Source: a virus
Taxonomy: Duplodnaviria; Heunggongvirae; Uroviricota; Caudoviricetes
Reading direction: 5' to 3' (one strand)
Length of the DNA stretch: 64,000 nt
IMG/VR virus record: IMGVR_UViG_3300032294_002926
A model generated the notes under the pieces. The model did no database searches and was not told the DNA's origin. It saw only the letters and a list, made by a program, of their open reading frames with translations. Each line of letters starts with the position of its first letter. The stretch's first letter is position 1. A program made the translations under genes and the position numbers. Shown here one piece after another: positions 19,306-29,177 of this stretch.

Positions 19306-20013
19306 GTGTTTACCAGTATGAAATATTCATATAATATAGAAGAATTCAAAAAAGCAGTAGAAGAAAGTTATTCTATTGCTCAGGCACTAACAAAATTAGG
19401 TTTATCTCCTAAAGGTGGAAATTATCGTGTGTTTAAAAAATTTAAAAAACTTTATGAAATAGATACTTCACATTTCACTGGTCAAGGTCATTTAAAAGGA
19501 AAAACTCACAACTTTAATACAATACCATTAAGTGAAATACTTGTTAAAAATTATGAGTATAGTTCTAATAGGTTGAGAAAAAGATTAATTTCTGAAGGAT
19601 TAAAACAACACAAATGTGAATGTTGTAAATTAACTAAATGGTTAGGTGAACTTATACCATTAGAACTAGATCATATCGATGGAGATCATTGTAATAATAC
19701 TTTAGAAAATTTAAAAATATTATGTCCCAATTGTCATGCAAAAACTCCAACATATCGAGGTAAAAATAAAAAGAATAAAAACTCTGAAACTACGTCAACA
19801 AAAAAAGTTTATAATTGCTCTTTCTGTCAAATTGAATTAAAGACAAGATGTAAAACTGGTCTCTGTAAATCCTGTTTTTCGAAATCACAAAGAAAAGTGA
19901 AAAGACCTTCAAAAGAACAATTGATTAAAGAAATTCAAGAAAGTTCTTATCTTACTGTAAGTCGAAAATATGGAGTTAGTGATAATGCCATTCGTAAATG
20001 GATTAATAAATAA
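19306..20013 (+). CDS. HNH homing endonuclease (free-standing) with a C-terminal helix-turn-helix-like tail
   Basis: ELDHIDGDHCNNTLENLKILCPNCHA is a classic HNH with Zn-coordinating Cys pairs. Confidence 0.7.
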   Translation: MFTSMKYSYNIEEFKKAVEESYSIAQALTKLGLSPKGGNYRVFKKFKKLYEIDTSHFTGQGHLKGKTHNFNTIPLSEILVKNYEYSSNRLRKRLISEGLKQHKCECCKLTKWLGELIPLELDHIDGDHCNNTLENLKILCPNCHAKTPTYRGKNKKNKNSETTSTKKVYNCSFCQIELKTRCKTGLCKSCFSKSQRKVKRPSKEQLIKEIQESSYLTVSRKYGVSDNAIRKWINK

Positions 20014-20258
20014 AATAGGTCTAAGTCAACTCAGTCCAATAACTAGTATTAAAACAAAGGTAATAATTTTATAATTAAAACCTATTAATTCTATTTACTT
20101 TTGATAACTCTTTCTTTTAGATCCACTTTTTAAACTGACACAAACTACTTGATTCAGAGTAAGAATGGTGGTATTCTTAGAAAGTTGGTGAGGAATTTGT
20201 CATTTTCCATCACCGCTACTTGATTATCTAAAGTTTATACTTTATGATTTTCAATCAT

Positions 20259-20331
20259 GGGCGTATAGTGAAGTGGATCATCACACGGCTCTTCTAAAGC
20301 CTTATCCCTGGTTCGAATCCAGGTACGCCTG
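20259..20331 (+). tRNA. tRNA-Arg (anticodon UCU)
   Basis: Acceptor gggcgta/tacgcct; D-arm gtga-agtggatca-tcac; anticodon loop cuUCUaa; T-arm cctgg-ttcgaat-ccagg. Confidence 0.7.
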
Positions 20332-20392
20332 TTAACAACATAATATAAGTTGTTGATCTTAATTAATCTGAAATATTCATGAGGTTATTTGA

Positions 20393-20716
20393 ATGTCCGA
20401 CAAATTCATTCTATCTTCTAGTCTAAATGATCTGCGTAATCAATGGTTATCTGAACCTGAATATGCAACTCTAGGAATGAGTAGTGTTTATACGCTCTCT
20501 CAGAATAAACTTGACTCAATGCTTGAATCTGCTATAAAATGGGGAGCAATTGAAGCACTTTTTCATTTCGCAGAAAGAATTGGTGATCACACTTATCGCT
20601 ATCAATGTGAAGGAATGACATATGAAGAAAAATCTGATGATTTATTTCAATATGTTCTTCATCTTGAAAAGAGAGCAAAAGAAGAAGTACTGTACAACAT
20701 GAATCATCATGAATAA
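20393..20716 (+). CDS. Hypothetical protein
   Basis: ORF with a start; overlaps the downstream PTH2 gene start. Confidence 0.4.
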   Translation: MSDKFILSSSLNDLRNQWLSEPEYATLGMSSVYTLSQNKLDSMLESAIKWGAIEALFHFAERIGDHTYRYQCEGMTYEEKSDDLFQYVLHLEKRAKEEVLYNMNHHE

Positions 20717-21062
20717 TCTTCAACAAGTTATTGTAATGAGAAAAGATTTGAATATGCGTAAGGGTAAAATGATTGCTCAGGCATGCCACGCATCAGTCAA
20801 ATCTATTCTGGAAAATCAGAATGATGATAGAGTTAAAAACTGGATTGAAAATAATTATACTAAAATCTGCGTTTCCGTAAATTCGGAAAAAGAACTTCTT
20901 TCAGTTTATGAAAAAGCAAAATCATCAAATATGATATGCACATTAGTCGAAGATCTCGGATTCACTGAGTTCAATGGAATTCCCACTCTTACATGTTGTT
21001 CTATTGGACCCGCAACAAAAGATGAACTTCAGACTATTACTGGAGATCTTAAATTACTTTAA
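20709..21062 (+). CDS. Peptidyl-tRNA hydrolase, PTH2 (archaeal/eukaryotic type) family
   Basis: VIVMRKDLNMRKGKMIAQACHAS matches the PTH2 N-terminal core (..VVRTDLGMGKGKIAAQCSHAA..). Confidence 0.7.
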   Translation: MNNLQQVIVMRKDLNMRKGKMIAQACHASVKSILENQNDDRVKNWIENNYTKICVSVNSEKELLSVYEKAKSSNMICTLVEDLGFTEFNGIPTLTCCSIGPATKDELQTITGDLKLL

Positions 21063-21072
21063 ATTTAAATAA

Positions 21073-22254
21073 ATGAGCACATTTATAGGAAAAGATTCTG
21101 AATTGATGAAAGGTGTGATTGAAGTTTTTCCTCAGACCGATAAATTCAATAATCATCTTAGAATTAAACTTGGTTTTGATCCAACATCAGATCGTTTACA
21201 TTTGGGGCATCTAGTTCTTTTAAATAAAATTAAACAATTTCAATCTCATGGGCATCATGCCTGTATTATCATTGGAGATTTTACTGCTAAAGTGGGAGAT
21301 CCTACCGGAAGAAATGAAACAAGACCACAACTTTCTGATGAAGAAATTGATTTCAATGTAAACTCTATTTTAAAAATTATAAAAAAATTTCTTGATCCAG
21401 AAGTAGAAATTTTCAAAAATAGTTCTTGGCTATTTAAACAAACTCCAGATTCTCTATTATCTTTAATGAGTCTCTTTACAGTAAATCAAATGCTTGCCAA
21501 AGAAGACTTTGGAAATCGATATAAAGATGGCAATCCTATTGGAATGCATGAGTTTATGTATCCTCTTCTTCAGGGTCTAGATAGTTTAATTATAAAGTCT
21601 GATGTAGAAATTGGTGGTAGTGATCAAAAATTTAATATTGGTATTGGTCGAGATATACAAAAAAAGTTTAATTCTTCGGAAAAATCTCAAATAGGAATTC
21701 TTATGCCAATTCTTCAAGGAAGAGATGGATCATCTAAAATGTCAAAGTCAAAGAATAACACAATAAATCTTGACGATGAACCTTTAGAAATGTATTCTAA
21801 ATTGGAGAAAATTCCTGATCATATTGTCTTAGATTATTTGAACTTGCTGACAGATGTTCCGCAATCCGAATATCCCAAAGAAAATAGAGAGAGGCAAAGG
21901 TTCATGGCATTTAAAGTGACCGAATCTATACATGGATTAGATAAAACTCAAGAAGCACAAAAAATTTCAGAGAAGATTGTACTTAAAGGTCAAACTTCAG
22001 ATGACATGAATATTCCTGAGATTTATATTCCAGAAAATTTGGAATTTCCTATTCCTTTATGTGTCTTTATGTTTATGATGGGAATGTCTACAAGTATAAG
22101 TGATTCTAAACGTAAGATTCAATCTGGTGCAGTGAGACTTAATGATGAAAAAATTGTGGATGTCGAAAAAATTCTCGATACTGCACAAAGTATGAATGGT
22201 GTTATACTCAGAACAAGCCGAACAAATTTTAAAAAAATTCTTTTGAAATCATGA
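21073..22254 (+). CDS. tyrS: Tyrosyl-tRNA synthetase (class I aaRS) with a C-terminal S4-like domain
   Basis: GFDPTSDRLHLGHLV (HIGH), GDFTAKVGDPTGRN, KMSKSK (KMSKS); C-terminal SDSKRKIQSGAVRLNDEKIVD is S4-like. Confidence 0.8.
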   Translation: MSTFIGKDSELMKGVIEVFPQTDKFNNHLRIKLGFDPTSDRLHLGHLVLLNKIKQFQSHGHHACIIIGDFTAKVGDPTGRNETRPQLSDEEIDFNVNSILKIIKKFLDPEVEIFKNSSWLFKQTPDSLLSLMSLFTVNQMLAKEDFGNRYKDGNPIGMHEFMYPLLQGLDSLIIKSDVEIGGSDQKFNIGIGRDIQKKFNSSEKSQIGILMPILQGRDGSSKMSKSKNNTINLDDEPLEMYSKLEKIPDHIVLDYLNLLTDVPQSEYPKENRERQRFMAFKVTESIHGLDKTQEAQKISEKIVLKGQTSDDMNIPEIYIPENLEFPIPLCVFMFMMGMSTSISDSKRKIQSGAVRLNDEKIVDVEKILDTAQSMNGVILRTSRTNFKKILLKS

Positions 22255-23024
22255 AAGTTTACATATTATCTGATCTTCATTTAGAACACTTCTCGTCATT
22301 TCAGGTTTTTAATCCTGGAGAAGGTGATATTTTAATTTTGGCTGGAGATATTCTTCGTGTAAAACATTTTAAGAAGAATGGATATCTTCATGCGGTATAT
22401 GATAGATTCTTAAATGATTGTAGTGAAAACTATAATCATATTCTTTATGTAATGGGTAATCATGAAAGTTATGGGTATCATTATCAAAAAACAAAGAATA
22501 AATTAAAGAAACATCTCCCATATAATTTTCATTTACTTGATAATGATACTGTTACTATTAATAATTGGAACTTTATTGGATTTACATTATGGACTGATTT
22601 TAGAAATGAAAATCCTTTAGAAATGATGGATGCCCAAGTTACAATGAATGATTATAAAGTAATTCGCTGTGATTCAAGTTTTCGTAAATTAACAGTGAAT
22701 GATACTCTTGAATTTCATAAAAGAAGTAAAGAATATCTCTTAAAACAATTGGAAATTTTTAAAGAGAATGTTTTCGTGATTAGTCATCATACTCCTAGTT
22801 ATCAATCTATACCGGATGAGTATAAAAATTCAGCAAATGGTGCATATAGTAATAATCTAGACGATTTAATTATTACAAATTCTCAGATTAAGTATTTTAT
22901 TCACGGACATACTCATAATTTTTTTGACTATATGATTGAACAATGTAGAGTTATTTGTAATCCAGTGGGTTATCCTGGACAGGTCACTGGTTATGATTCC
23001 AAACTCGTCTTAGAACTGACTTGA
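22251..23024 (+). CDS. Calcineurin-like metallophosphoesterase
   Basis: Metal-ligand motifs SDLHLEH, GDI, GNHE, GHTH. Confidence 0.65.
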   Translation: MKVYILSDLHLEHFSSFQVFNPGEGDILILAGDILRVKHFKKNGYLHAVYDRFLNDCSENYNHILYVMGNHESYGYHYQKTKNKLKKHLPYNFHLLDNDTVTINNWNFIGFTLWTDFRNENPLEMMDAQVTMNDYKVIRCDSSFRKLTVNDTLEFHKRSKEYLLKQLEIFKENVFVISHHTPSYQSIPDEYKNSANGAYSNNLDDLIITNSQIKYFIHGHTHNFFDYMIEQCRVICNPVGYPGQVTGYDSKLVLELT

Positions 23025-23085
23025 CGGGATTGATTTTAAATGGTATTATATGTCAGTGACTTTAAAAACCTACTCTTAAAATTCT

Positions 23086-23565
23086 TTGGTAAAAATCATG
23101 ATCACCAAATCTCAACTTGAACAAAAGATTACTGAACTTGAATCCGAACTTCAGGAATTCAAGTCTCAGTTGAATAATTATTCTGAAATTACACTAGAGA
23201 ACTCCAAACCCGGTGATACTCTATCTAATGGAACTGTAGTGATTCATAAGGAATGCAATCGGATTTTGATTGCAGCACCAAAAGAGACTGTAGTGTACTC
23301 TAAATGGACTCCAGAATTTCCAGAAGTATTTGAATCCCTTAAGTCTCATGGATTCATTCCTTCTCAGTGGCATGTTCCTACTATACAGGAAATGAGACTT
23401 GCTTATGAGAATGCAAAAGAATCTTTCTCCGCCGCCAATTATTGGTCTTCTGCGGAGACTAGTGCTACTTGCGGTTGCATTCTGTACTTTGGCTATGGTA
23501 ATACGTACGGCGGCACTAAGCCGAACACCTTCTGCGTGCGTGCCTTCCGGTGGGTGACAGTTTAA
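23086..23565 (+). CDS. DUF1566 (Lcl C-terminal-like) domain protein with an N-terminal coiled coil; paralog 1
   Basis: WHVPTIQEM...YWSSAETS...FCVRAFRWVTV matches the DUF1566 consensus. Confidence 0.5.
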   Translation: MVKIMITKSQLEQKITELESELQEFKSQLNNYSEITLENSKPGDTLSNGTVVIHKECNRILIAAPKETVVYSKWTPEFPEVFESLKSHGFIPSQWHVPTIQEMRLAYENAKESFSAANYWSSAETSATCGCILYFGYGNTYGGTKPNTFCVRAFRWVTV

Positions 23566-23632
23566 TTACTGTCCTAAGAATTTTCAGAGATCTTTAAGAA
23601 TCACTATACTATCTTTAAATTAAACTTCAATC

Positions 23633-24100
23633 ATGATCACCAAAACTCAACTTGAACAAAAGATTACTGAACTTGAATCCGAACTTCAGGAATTCAAGTC
23701 TCAGTTGAATAATTATTCTGAAATTACACTAGAGAACTCCAAACCCGGTGATACTTTGTCCGATGGAACCGTTGTTATCTTCAAAGAATGTAATCGAATT
23801 CTGATTGCTGCTCCAAAAGAGACTGAAGTGTACTCTAAATGGACTCCAGAGTTCTCAGAAGTCTTTGAATCTCTGAAATCTCATGGATTCACCCCTTCTC
23901 AGTGGCATGTTCCCACGATTGAGGAACTTAAACTCGCATATAAGAATGCAAAAGACTCTTTCTCCTCCGCCTATTATTGGTCTTCTACGGAGATTAGTGC
24001 TGCTATCGGTTGTTCTCTGTACTTTGGCTTTGGTAATACGTACAACTTCACTAAGACGGGCACCTTCTGCGTGCGTGCCTTCCGGTGGGTTACTATTTGA
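23633..24100 (+). CDS. DUF1566 domain protein; tandem paralog 2 (~75% identical to 23086..23565)
   Basis: Near-identical N-terminus ITKTQLEQKITELESELQEFKSQLNNYSEITLENSKPGDTL; C-terminal FCVRAFRWVTI. Confidence 0.5.
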   Translation: MITKTQLEQKITELESELQEFKSQLNNYSEITLENSKPGDTLSDGTVVIFKECNRILIAAPKETEVYSKWTPEFSEVFESLKSHGFTPSQWHVPTIEELKLAYKNAKDSFSSAYYWSSTEISAAIGCSLYFGFGNTYNFTKTGTFCVRAFRWVTI

Positions 24101-24460
24101 TTCTTGTTACTTATTTTTTGAAGTATAATTTTTATACTTTAATTAAATAAATAATATGACAGATTTTCAACTGTATGAATAGCGACAAACTAACAACGAG
24201 TAGCAGGATTCAGAATCTTGATTCAACGCTATCTGCACTGAAATCAACATCATCGGCGCTGCAATCCAGCAATAAGGATTTGTCCTTATCCGTATCACAG
24301 ATGGAGTTGCGGTTGAAGATGCGGGGTCACCGGATACAGAGGACCCAGACAACTAGTGATTGAGATACATCACAAAGAACATTGACAATTAAATATAAAT
24401 CCTTTATTATTGAGTTCGTAATTCAATGCTAGAATAACACCCTTTTAACTCTTTCATTAA

Positions 24461-24534
24461 GCGGAATTCGTCTAATGGTAAGACAAGAGATTCCAAACCT
24501 CTTGATGCGAGTTCGATTCTTGCATTCCGTGCCA
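24461..24534 (+). tRNA. tRNA-Trp (anticodon CCA), with encoded CCA
   Basis: gcggaat..attccgt acceptor; D-arm gtct-aatggta-agac; anticodon loop uuCCAaa; T-arm gcgag-ttcgatt-cttgc. Confidence 0.8.
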
Positions 24535-24535
24535 T

Positions 24536-24609
24536 ACCCAATTAGATCAGCGGACTAGAGTACTTGGTTACGACCCAAGGTGCCCCAGGTTCAAATCCTG
24601 GATTGGGTG
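24536..24609 (+). tRNA. tRNA-Arg (anticodon ACG)
   Basis: Acceptor acccaat/attgggt; anticodon arm cttgg-ttACGac-ccaag; T-arm ccagg-ttcaaat-cctgg. Body closely resembles bacterial tRNA-Arg(ACG). Confidence 0.75.
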
Positions 24610-24656
24610 TAGGGTGTTATGTTTTTCAGTTTCTCGATGCCCTCTAAAAATAGTAG

Positions 24657-24743
24657 AAACTGATATGGAAGTGTGGCAGAGTCTGGTTTATTGCGTTTGT
24701 CTTGAAAACAAATGAGGGTAACACCTCCACTAGTTCGAATCTA
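24657..24743 (+). tRNA. tRNA-Ser (anticodon UGA), type II
   Basis: Acceptor ggaagtg/cacttct; anticodon arm tttgt-cuUGAaa-acaaa; long variable arm; T-arm ctagt-tcgaatc-(ctag). Confidence 0.75.
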
Positions 24744-24759
24744 GTCACTTCTGCTTACT

Positions 24760-25365
24760 TTATAATTTATTAAATATAATATTTTCTATTATATTTAAAA
24801 TCTTTATAAAGTTTTGAATTTTATTGTACTTTATCCAAGATGTATCTATGACGCAAAGTTCAATCTTTTCTTCTAGACAAGACTGAAACTTACGATTATC
24901 GTTATTTTGGATTTGATTCAATTTTTCTTGCCCATATATAGGTTCATAATGAAAAATTCCGTTAAGTTCAAACGCCAATTTGAGTTCAGGTATATAAATG
25001 TCTAATTCGGAATTGATAGCATCTTTTCGATTGAAAAGAAACTCATAGGAATACCTTTTGGTCAATTCTTCTTGTAAGAATAACTCTAGTTTGGAAACTC
25101 TTGTTCCTTGAGTTTTGTGAGTATTGTTATAAGTTGCAGCACAACTTCTGGAACAAAAATCATTTTTTGTTTTCTTTTGGTCTACCGGTCTTTTGTAAAA
25201 TTTTTTTCCGCAGTATTTACACTCTTTTATATTGTTTTTTCTATCACTTCTTTGATGATTATTGAAACAATCTCTGGAGCAAAAATTTCTATTTTTAGTT
25301 CTTTTAATTTCATATGGTGCTTTTTTAAAAATTTTATTACAGTGTAGACATTTTACGTCTATCAT
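24760..25365 (-). CDS. Putative homing endonuclease: N-terminal tandem Cys4 zinc fingers plus a C-terminal Vsr/DUF559-like PD-(D/E)xK domain; same family as ORF 1166..1882
   Basis: CLHCNK..CSRDC and CKYCGK..CSRSC; ELDIYIPELKLAFELNGIFHYEP...IELCVID parallels FIPDINLIIEYHGFRFHDN of the ORF in the intein gap. Opposite strand, embedded among tRNA genes. Confidence 0.55.
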   Translation of the reverse strand: MIDVKCLHCNKIFKKAPYEIKRTKNRNFCSRDCFNNHQRSDRKNNIKECKYCGKKFYKRPVDQKKTKNDFCSRSCAATYNNTHKTQGTRVSKLELFLQEELTKRYSYEFLFNRKDAINSELDIYIPELKLAFELNGIFHYEPIYGQEKLNQIQNNDNRKFQSCLEEKIELCVIDTSWIKYNKIQNFIKILNIIENIIFNKL

Positions 25366-25444
25366 TTATAATATAAGGAAAGTGATGTATTATTTATATA
25401 TTTTCAATTCTTTTACTTTCCGTTAATATTTAAAATTTCATTAT

Positions 25445-25520
25445 GGCGTAGTAGACAAATTGGATAAAGTCTCCACACTTTCAATGTGGATTTTTGAGGG
25501 TTCGAGTCCCTTCTACGCTT
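25445..25520 (+). tRNA. tRNA-Glu (anticodon UUC)
   Basis: Acceptor ggcgtag/ctacgct (G1-U72); anticodon arm ccaca-cuUUCaa-tgtgg perfect; T-arm gaggg-ttcgagt-ccctt. Confidence 0.6.
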
Positions 25521-25642
25521 TTTAGGTTTCTAGATAACCTAAACGTATAAGATTATCGTTAAATCTTCGACGACCTCCTCACAGTGTCGTAATATGCGAG
25601 GTGCTTAACGTTAAGATTGTTCCTCTTTATTGGGGAACTTCA

Positions 25643-25714
25643 CCAGGAGTAAGTCAGAGGTAGACGGCACCGTTTGGGGCGGTGAAGGCATTGGTTCGAT
25701 CCCAATCTTCTGGA
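25643..25714 (+). tRNA. tRNA-Pro (anticodon UGG)
   Basis: C1-G72 acceptor ccaggag/cttctgg; anticodon arm caccg-uuUGGgg-cggtg; T-arm attgg-ttcgatc-ccaat. Confidence 0.65.
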
Positions 25715-25790
25715 CTTGAAGAATACTAGTAAAACTTCAACCGATTTTACATGCGTCGGATAATATTCTAAAATATAGAATGCATTGTGT

Positions 25791-25875
25791 GCTGGAGTTA
25801 GCGTAGAGGTCGAACGCACGGCACTTGTAACGCCGCTCCGAAAGGACACCGCAGGTTCAAATCCTGTCTCCAGCT
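25791..25875 (+). tRNA. tRNA with a long variable arm (type II-like); anticodon loop CUUGUAA, so isotype unresolved (UGU/Thr by register, GUA/Tyr if shifted); anticodon stem has an A31-C39 mismatch
   Basis: Perfect 7-bp acceptor gctggag/ctccagc; T-arm gcagg-ttcaaat-cctgt; 15-nt variable region ctccgaaaggacacc; loop identical to T4 tRNA-Thr CUUGUAA. Confidence 0.5.
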
Positions 25876-26010
25876 TGACTTTTTATCAGAGAGATTTATG
25901 ATGAATTTTTAAAATTTATACATGAATCTTGACTAAAGGTCTCACATATATTATGATTATAAAATCAAAGATAGACTTTGATTAACAACTATTTCTAAGG
26001 AGTTTAGAAA

Positions 26011-27036
26011 ATGAAAAAATACGATGTAATTGTTTTTATTGGTAGATTTCAACCATTTCATAATGCTCATTTAGAGATCATTAAACGAGCAACAGAACTT
26101 GCAGAACACATTGCAATTATTGTTGGATCTGCAAATCAACCCAGAACATTTAAGAATCCTTTCTCTTATGAGGAAAGAGAAGATTTAATCAATAAAACTT
26201 TAATGATGATGAAGATGAACACTAATTACAGTATTCATCCAAACCAAGATACTATTTACAATGACGATTCTTGGGCAACAAGAGTTCAAAATGTTGTAAA
26301 CAAAATTAATCCTTTTGAAAGTTCTAGAATTGGAATCATTGGGCATAAAAAGGACGAGTCTTCTTTCTACCTTGATATGTTTCCTCAATGGAACTTAATT
26401 GAAGTTCCTTTGATTGAAGAATTAAGTGCATCTCAGATTCGTCAACTTTATTTTAAACGAGACTTTAATTCAAATTTTATTAAGAATGTTCTTCCTCAAG
26501 AAGTTCTGGACTTTCTCAATAAATTTTCTCAAACAGAAGATTATCAACAAATTCTGAAAGAGATTAATTTTGTTGAGAAATACAAATCTCAATATGCTTC
26601 TTTCCCATATCCTCCAACCTTCGTGACTGTGGATGCTGTTATAGTGCAATCGGGGCATATTCTAATGATTCGTCGTCGTGCAGAACCTGGAAAAGGACTT
26701 CTTGCTCTACCTGGTGGATTCTTAGACGCTTTGAGTGATAAATCTTTAGAGGATGCTATGATACGGGAGGTAAGGGAAGAAACTCAACTCAAGGTGCCTG
26801 CTCCAGTTCTTCGTGGTAGTATTGAGGAAGCAAAAGTTTTTGATGCTATTGAACGTAGCACAAGAGGTAGAACAATCACTCATGCATTTCACATCAAACT
26901 TCCTAACGGAGAACTTCCAAAAGTGAAGGGAGGAAGTGATGCTACATCTGCAAAGTGGATTCCAATTTCTAAAATCACTCCAAATGAGTGCTTTGAAGAC
27001 CACTATGAAATCATTAATTATTTTACTGGAGTCTAA
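26011..27036 (+). CDS. Bifunctional NMN adenylyltransferase / Nudix ADP-ribose pyrophosphatase (NadM-Nudix, NatV-like)
   Basis: N-terminal VIVFIGRFQPFHNAHLEII (HxGH nucleotidyltransferase); C-terminal Nudix box GGFLDALSDKSLEDAMIREVREETQL. Confidence 0.8.
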   Translation: MKKYDVIVFIGRFQPFHNAHLEIIKRATELAEHIAIIVGSANQPRTFKNPFSYEEREDLINKTLMMMKMNTNYSIHPNQDTIYNDDSWATRVQNVVNKINPFESSRIGIIGHKKDESSFYLDMFPQWNLIEVPLIEELSASQIRQLYFKRDFNSNFIKNVLPQEVLDFLNKFSQTEDYQQILKEINFVEKYKSQYASFPYPPTFVTVDAVIVQSGHILMIRRRAEPGKGLLALPGGFLDALSDKSLEDAMIREVREETQLKVPAPVLRGSIEEAKVFDAIERSTRGRTITHAFHIKLPNGELPKVKGGSDATSAKWIPISKITPNECFEDHYEIINYFTGV

Positions 27037-27567
27037 ATGAAAACCATCAAAGGAGACTTAATCAAACTTGCCGAACAAGGCGAGTTTAATATGATTGTGC
27101 AAGGATGCAATTGCTTTCATACTCAATCTTCTGGGTTGGCAGGACAACTTGTATCAAAGTATCCACAAGTATTAGAAGCAGATAAAACACAATCCAAATA
27201 TGGAGACAAAGAAAAATTAGGAACTTGGAGTGTTGCTGAGATTGGTAATTTTACTGTCATTAACGCATATACTCAATACTCTTTTAGTCGTAAAAAAGAT
27301 GTTTTTGAGTATGATGCTTTCGATAAATTTCTAAATGACTTTACGAATATGATAGAATATTATGATTCAATGGCAAATTTTGACTGGAAACCAGATGGAA
27401 ATAATGTTCGTGTTCGTGAATTTAAAAGATTTAGAATTGGTTTTCCTCAAATCGGTGCTGGACTTGCTGGTGGCGATTGGAGTAGAATTTCCAAGATGAT
27501 TGAAAAGTTTTCAGAAGATGTCTCTGATTATGCTGACGTAACTGTGGTGGAATATCAACCTTACTGA
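27037..27567 (+). CDS. Macro-domain (ADP-ribose binding/processing) protein
   Basis: GDLIKLAEQGEFNMIVQGCNCFHTQSSGLAGQL parallels the macro-domain GDIT..DAIVNAAN..GGGGVAGAI core. Confidence 0.55.
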   Translation: MKTIKGDLIKLAEQGEFNMIVQGCNCFHTQSSGLAGQLVSKYPQVLEADKTQSKYGDKEKLGTWSVAEIGNFTVINAYTQYSFSRKKDVFEYDAFDKFLNDFTNMIEYYDSMANFDWKPDGNNVRVREFKRFRIGFPQIGAGLAGGDWSRISKMIEKFSEDVSDYADVTVVEYQPY

Positions 27568-27711
27568 ATTTTGTTACTAGTTACAAGGAAAATATTGGGT
27601 CCATGTTAAATAACATGTCCTTTGATTAATTTGATAGTCAGGTGTAAAGACTATAAAACACGAACTAACGATAGACGTTAGTTTATTCATTAACATTTTA
27701 AGGAGTTTAAA

Positions 27712-28248
27712 ATGACTATTAATAAAACAATTCTGTTGAACACCGATTCTTACAAGTTTTCGCAATACAATCAATATCCCGAAGGGACTACGAATGTATA
27801 TTCCTATGTAGAAAGTCGTGGAGGTACTTGGAACCAAACTGTTTTCTTCGGACTTCAAATCTTTCTGAAAGAGTATCTGTCTAATCCTATTACTCAGGAT
27901 GATATTGATACCGCAGAACTTATTACTCAAGCACACGGAGAACCTTTCAATCGTGAAGGTTGGGAGTATATTCTTCGTGAACACGGTGGTAAGTTGCCTA
28001 TTCGTATTAAAGCAGTTCCCGAAGGTTCTGTAATTCCTGTAAAGAATGTTCTTGCGACTGTTGAGAACACTGACCCTCAATGTGCCTGGATTACAAGTTA
28101 CATTGAGACTTCACTTCTCAGGAGTATTTGGTATGGAACTACTGTTGCTACCAACTCTTATGAGAGCAAGAGGATTATTCACGATTACTTGGTGAAGACT
28201 GGAGACCCAAGTTTGATTGAGTTCAAACTGCACGATTTCGGTGCTTAA
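27712..28248 (+). CDS. nadV: Nicotinamide phosphoribosyltransferase (NadV/NAMPT), exon 1; reading frame runs into an in-frame stop inside the intron
   Basis: LLNTDSYKFSQY...KLHDFG aligns with the NAMPT N-terminus up to the conserved HDFG(Y/A)RGVSS junction. Confidence 0.8.
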   Translation: MTINKTILLNTDSYKFSQYNQYPEGTTNVYSYVESRGGTWNQTVFFGLQIFLKEYLSNPITQDDIDTAELITQAHGEPFNREGWEYILREHGGKLPIRIKAVPEGSVIPVKNVLATVENTDPQCAWITSYIETSLLRSIWYGTTVATNSYESKRIIHDYLVKTGDPSLIEFKLHDFGA

Positions 28249-29171
28249 TTAACTTCGGGCACCTAACTTTGTGAACTGCTGGAACCCCTAAGTTGCTTAG
28301 GTAATATGGAAATCAGCATCCAAGACTACTATTTTAGTAGTAAGGTTCAGAGACCATCGAAAAGGTTATTTACAAATAACACTTAGTAGAGTACACTCAA
28401 GCGAGTGGAAGCGCAAAGGCGATACTATGTATCGTAAGATATGGTCCAATCTTCATTGAAAAATGAAGCAGTTCATACTCAGCATAAATACTTCCAGACC
28501 AAAATTGTAAAATATTTATGTTGAAACTATTAGAAACTATACCTAGTTTAGAAACATTTAAGGGGTATTCGATTTCAGATGATGGTAGAATCTTTTCACA
28601 TAAGACTAACAAATTTCTGAAAACGAGTATAAGAATGGGAAATGGATGTGCTTATGGAAGAATTGGATTAAACGATTCTAACGGAATCCGTAAAACAATT
28701 TCAATTCATAGACTCGTTTGTTTAGCATTTAAATATAACCCCAACCACAAAAATCTAACTGTGAATCACATAGACGAAAACACTTTTAATAATCATATTG
28801 ATAACTTAGAGTGGATGCCTCTTTCTGAAAACATTAGATATTCTCAGGCAAACAAAAGTTATGTCGGAGACCCAGATAAACTTACATTAGAGTTTAATGA
28901 AGGAAACTACACGGTACAGGAGTTTGCCAAAAAGTATAATACTCCATTAAATACTATGTGGGATATTCTAAACAAATTAGGTTCAGTCAAAAACAACAAA
29001 AAAAGAAGAGTCTTTGGTAAAAAAATACGACTTGAAATTGCTTTAATGAGAAAATCAGGAAAAGCACTAAAAGAAGTATCTGAAAAGTATCAATGTTCTC
29101 AATCTTTTGTTTCTTTAGTTTTTAAAGAGTATGAACGGGGTATGCTTAGCGAACATGCCTGAATAACTCCG
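28246..29171 (+). mobile_element. Putative group I intron (~0.92 kb) splitting nadV, carrying an HNH homing endonuclease ORF
   Basis: The NAMPT alignment breaks after LHDFG(A) and resumes at RGVSSFESAGIGG ~925 nt later. ~270 nt non-coding structured leader; boundaries follow U (5') and G (3'). Confidence 0.55.
28518..29162 (+). CDS. HNH homing endonuclease (HNH_3 / AP2-domain type, I-HmuI-like) inside the nadV intron
   Basis: SIHRLVCLAFKYNPNHKNLTVNHIDENTFNNHIDNLEWMP is the HNH_3 core; C-terminal helix-turn-helix-like basic tail. Confidence 0.7.
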   Translation: MLKLLETIPSLETFKGYSISDDGRIFSHKTNKFLKTSIRMGNGCAYGRIGLNDSNGIRKTISIHRLVCLAFKYNPNHKNLTVNHIDENTFNNHIDNLEWMPLSENIRYSQANKSYVGDPDKLTLEFNEGNYTVQEFAKKYNTPLNTMWDILNKLGSVKNNKKRRVFGKKIRLEIALMRKSGKALKEVSEKYQCSQSFVSLVFKEYERGMLSEHA

Positions 29172-29177
29172 CGAGGA

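Noticed and set aside
23883-24128. 81-aa + strand ORF overlapping the end of the second DUF1566 paralog
   Set aside because: It is an alternate frame of a conserved coding region; the paralog comparison supports only the main frame.
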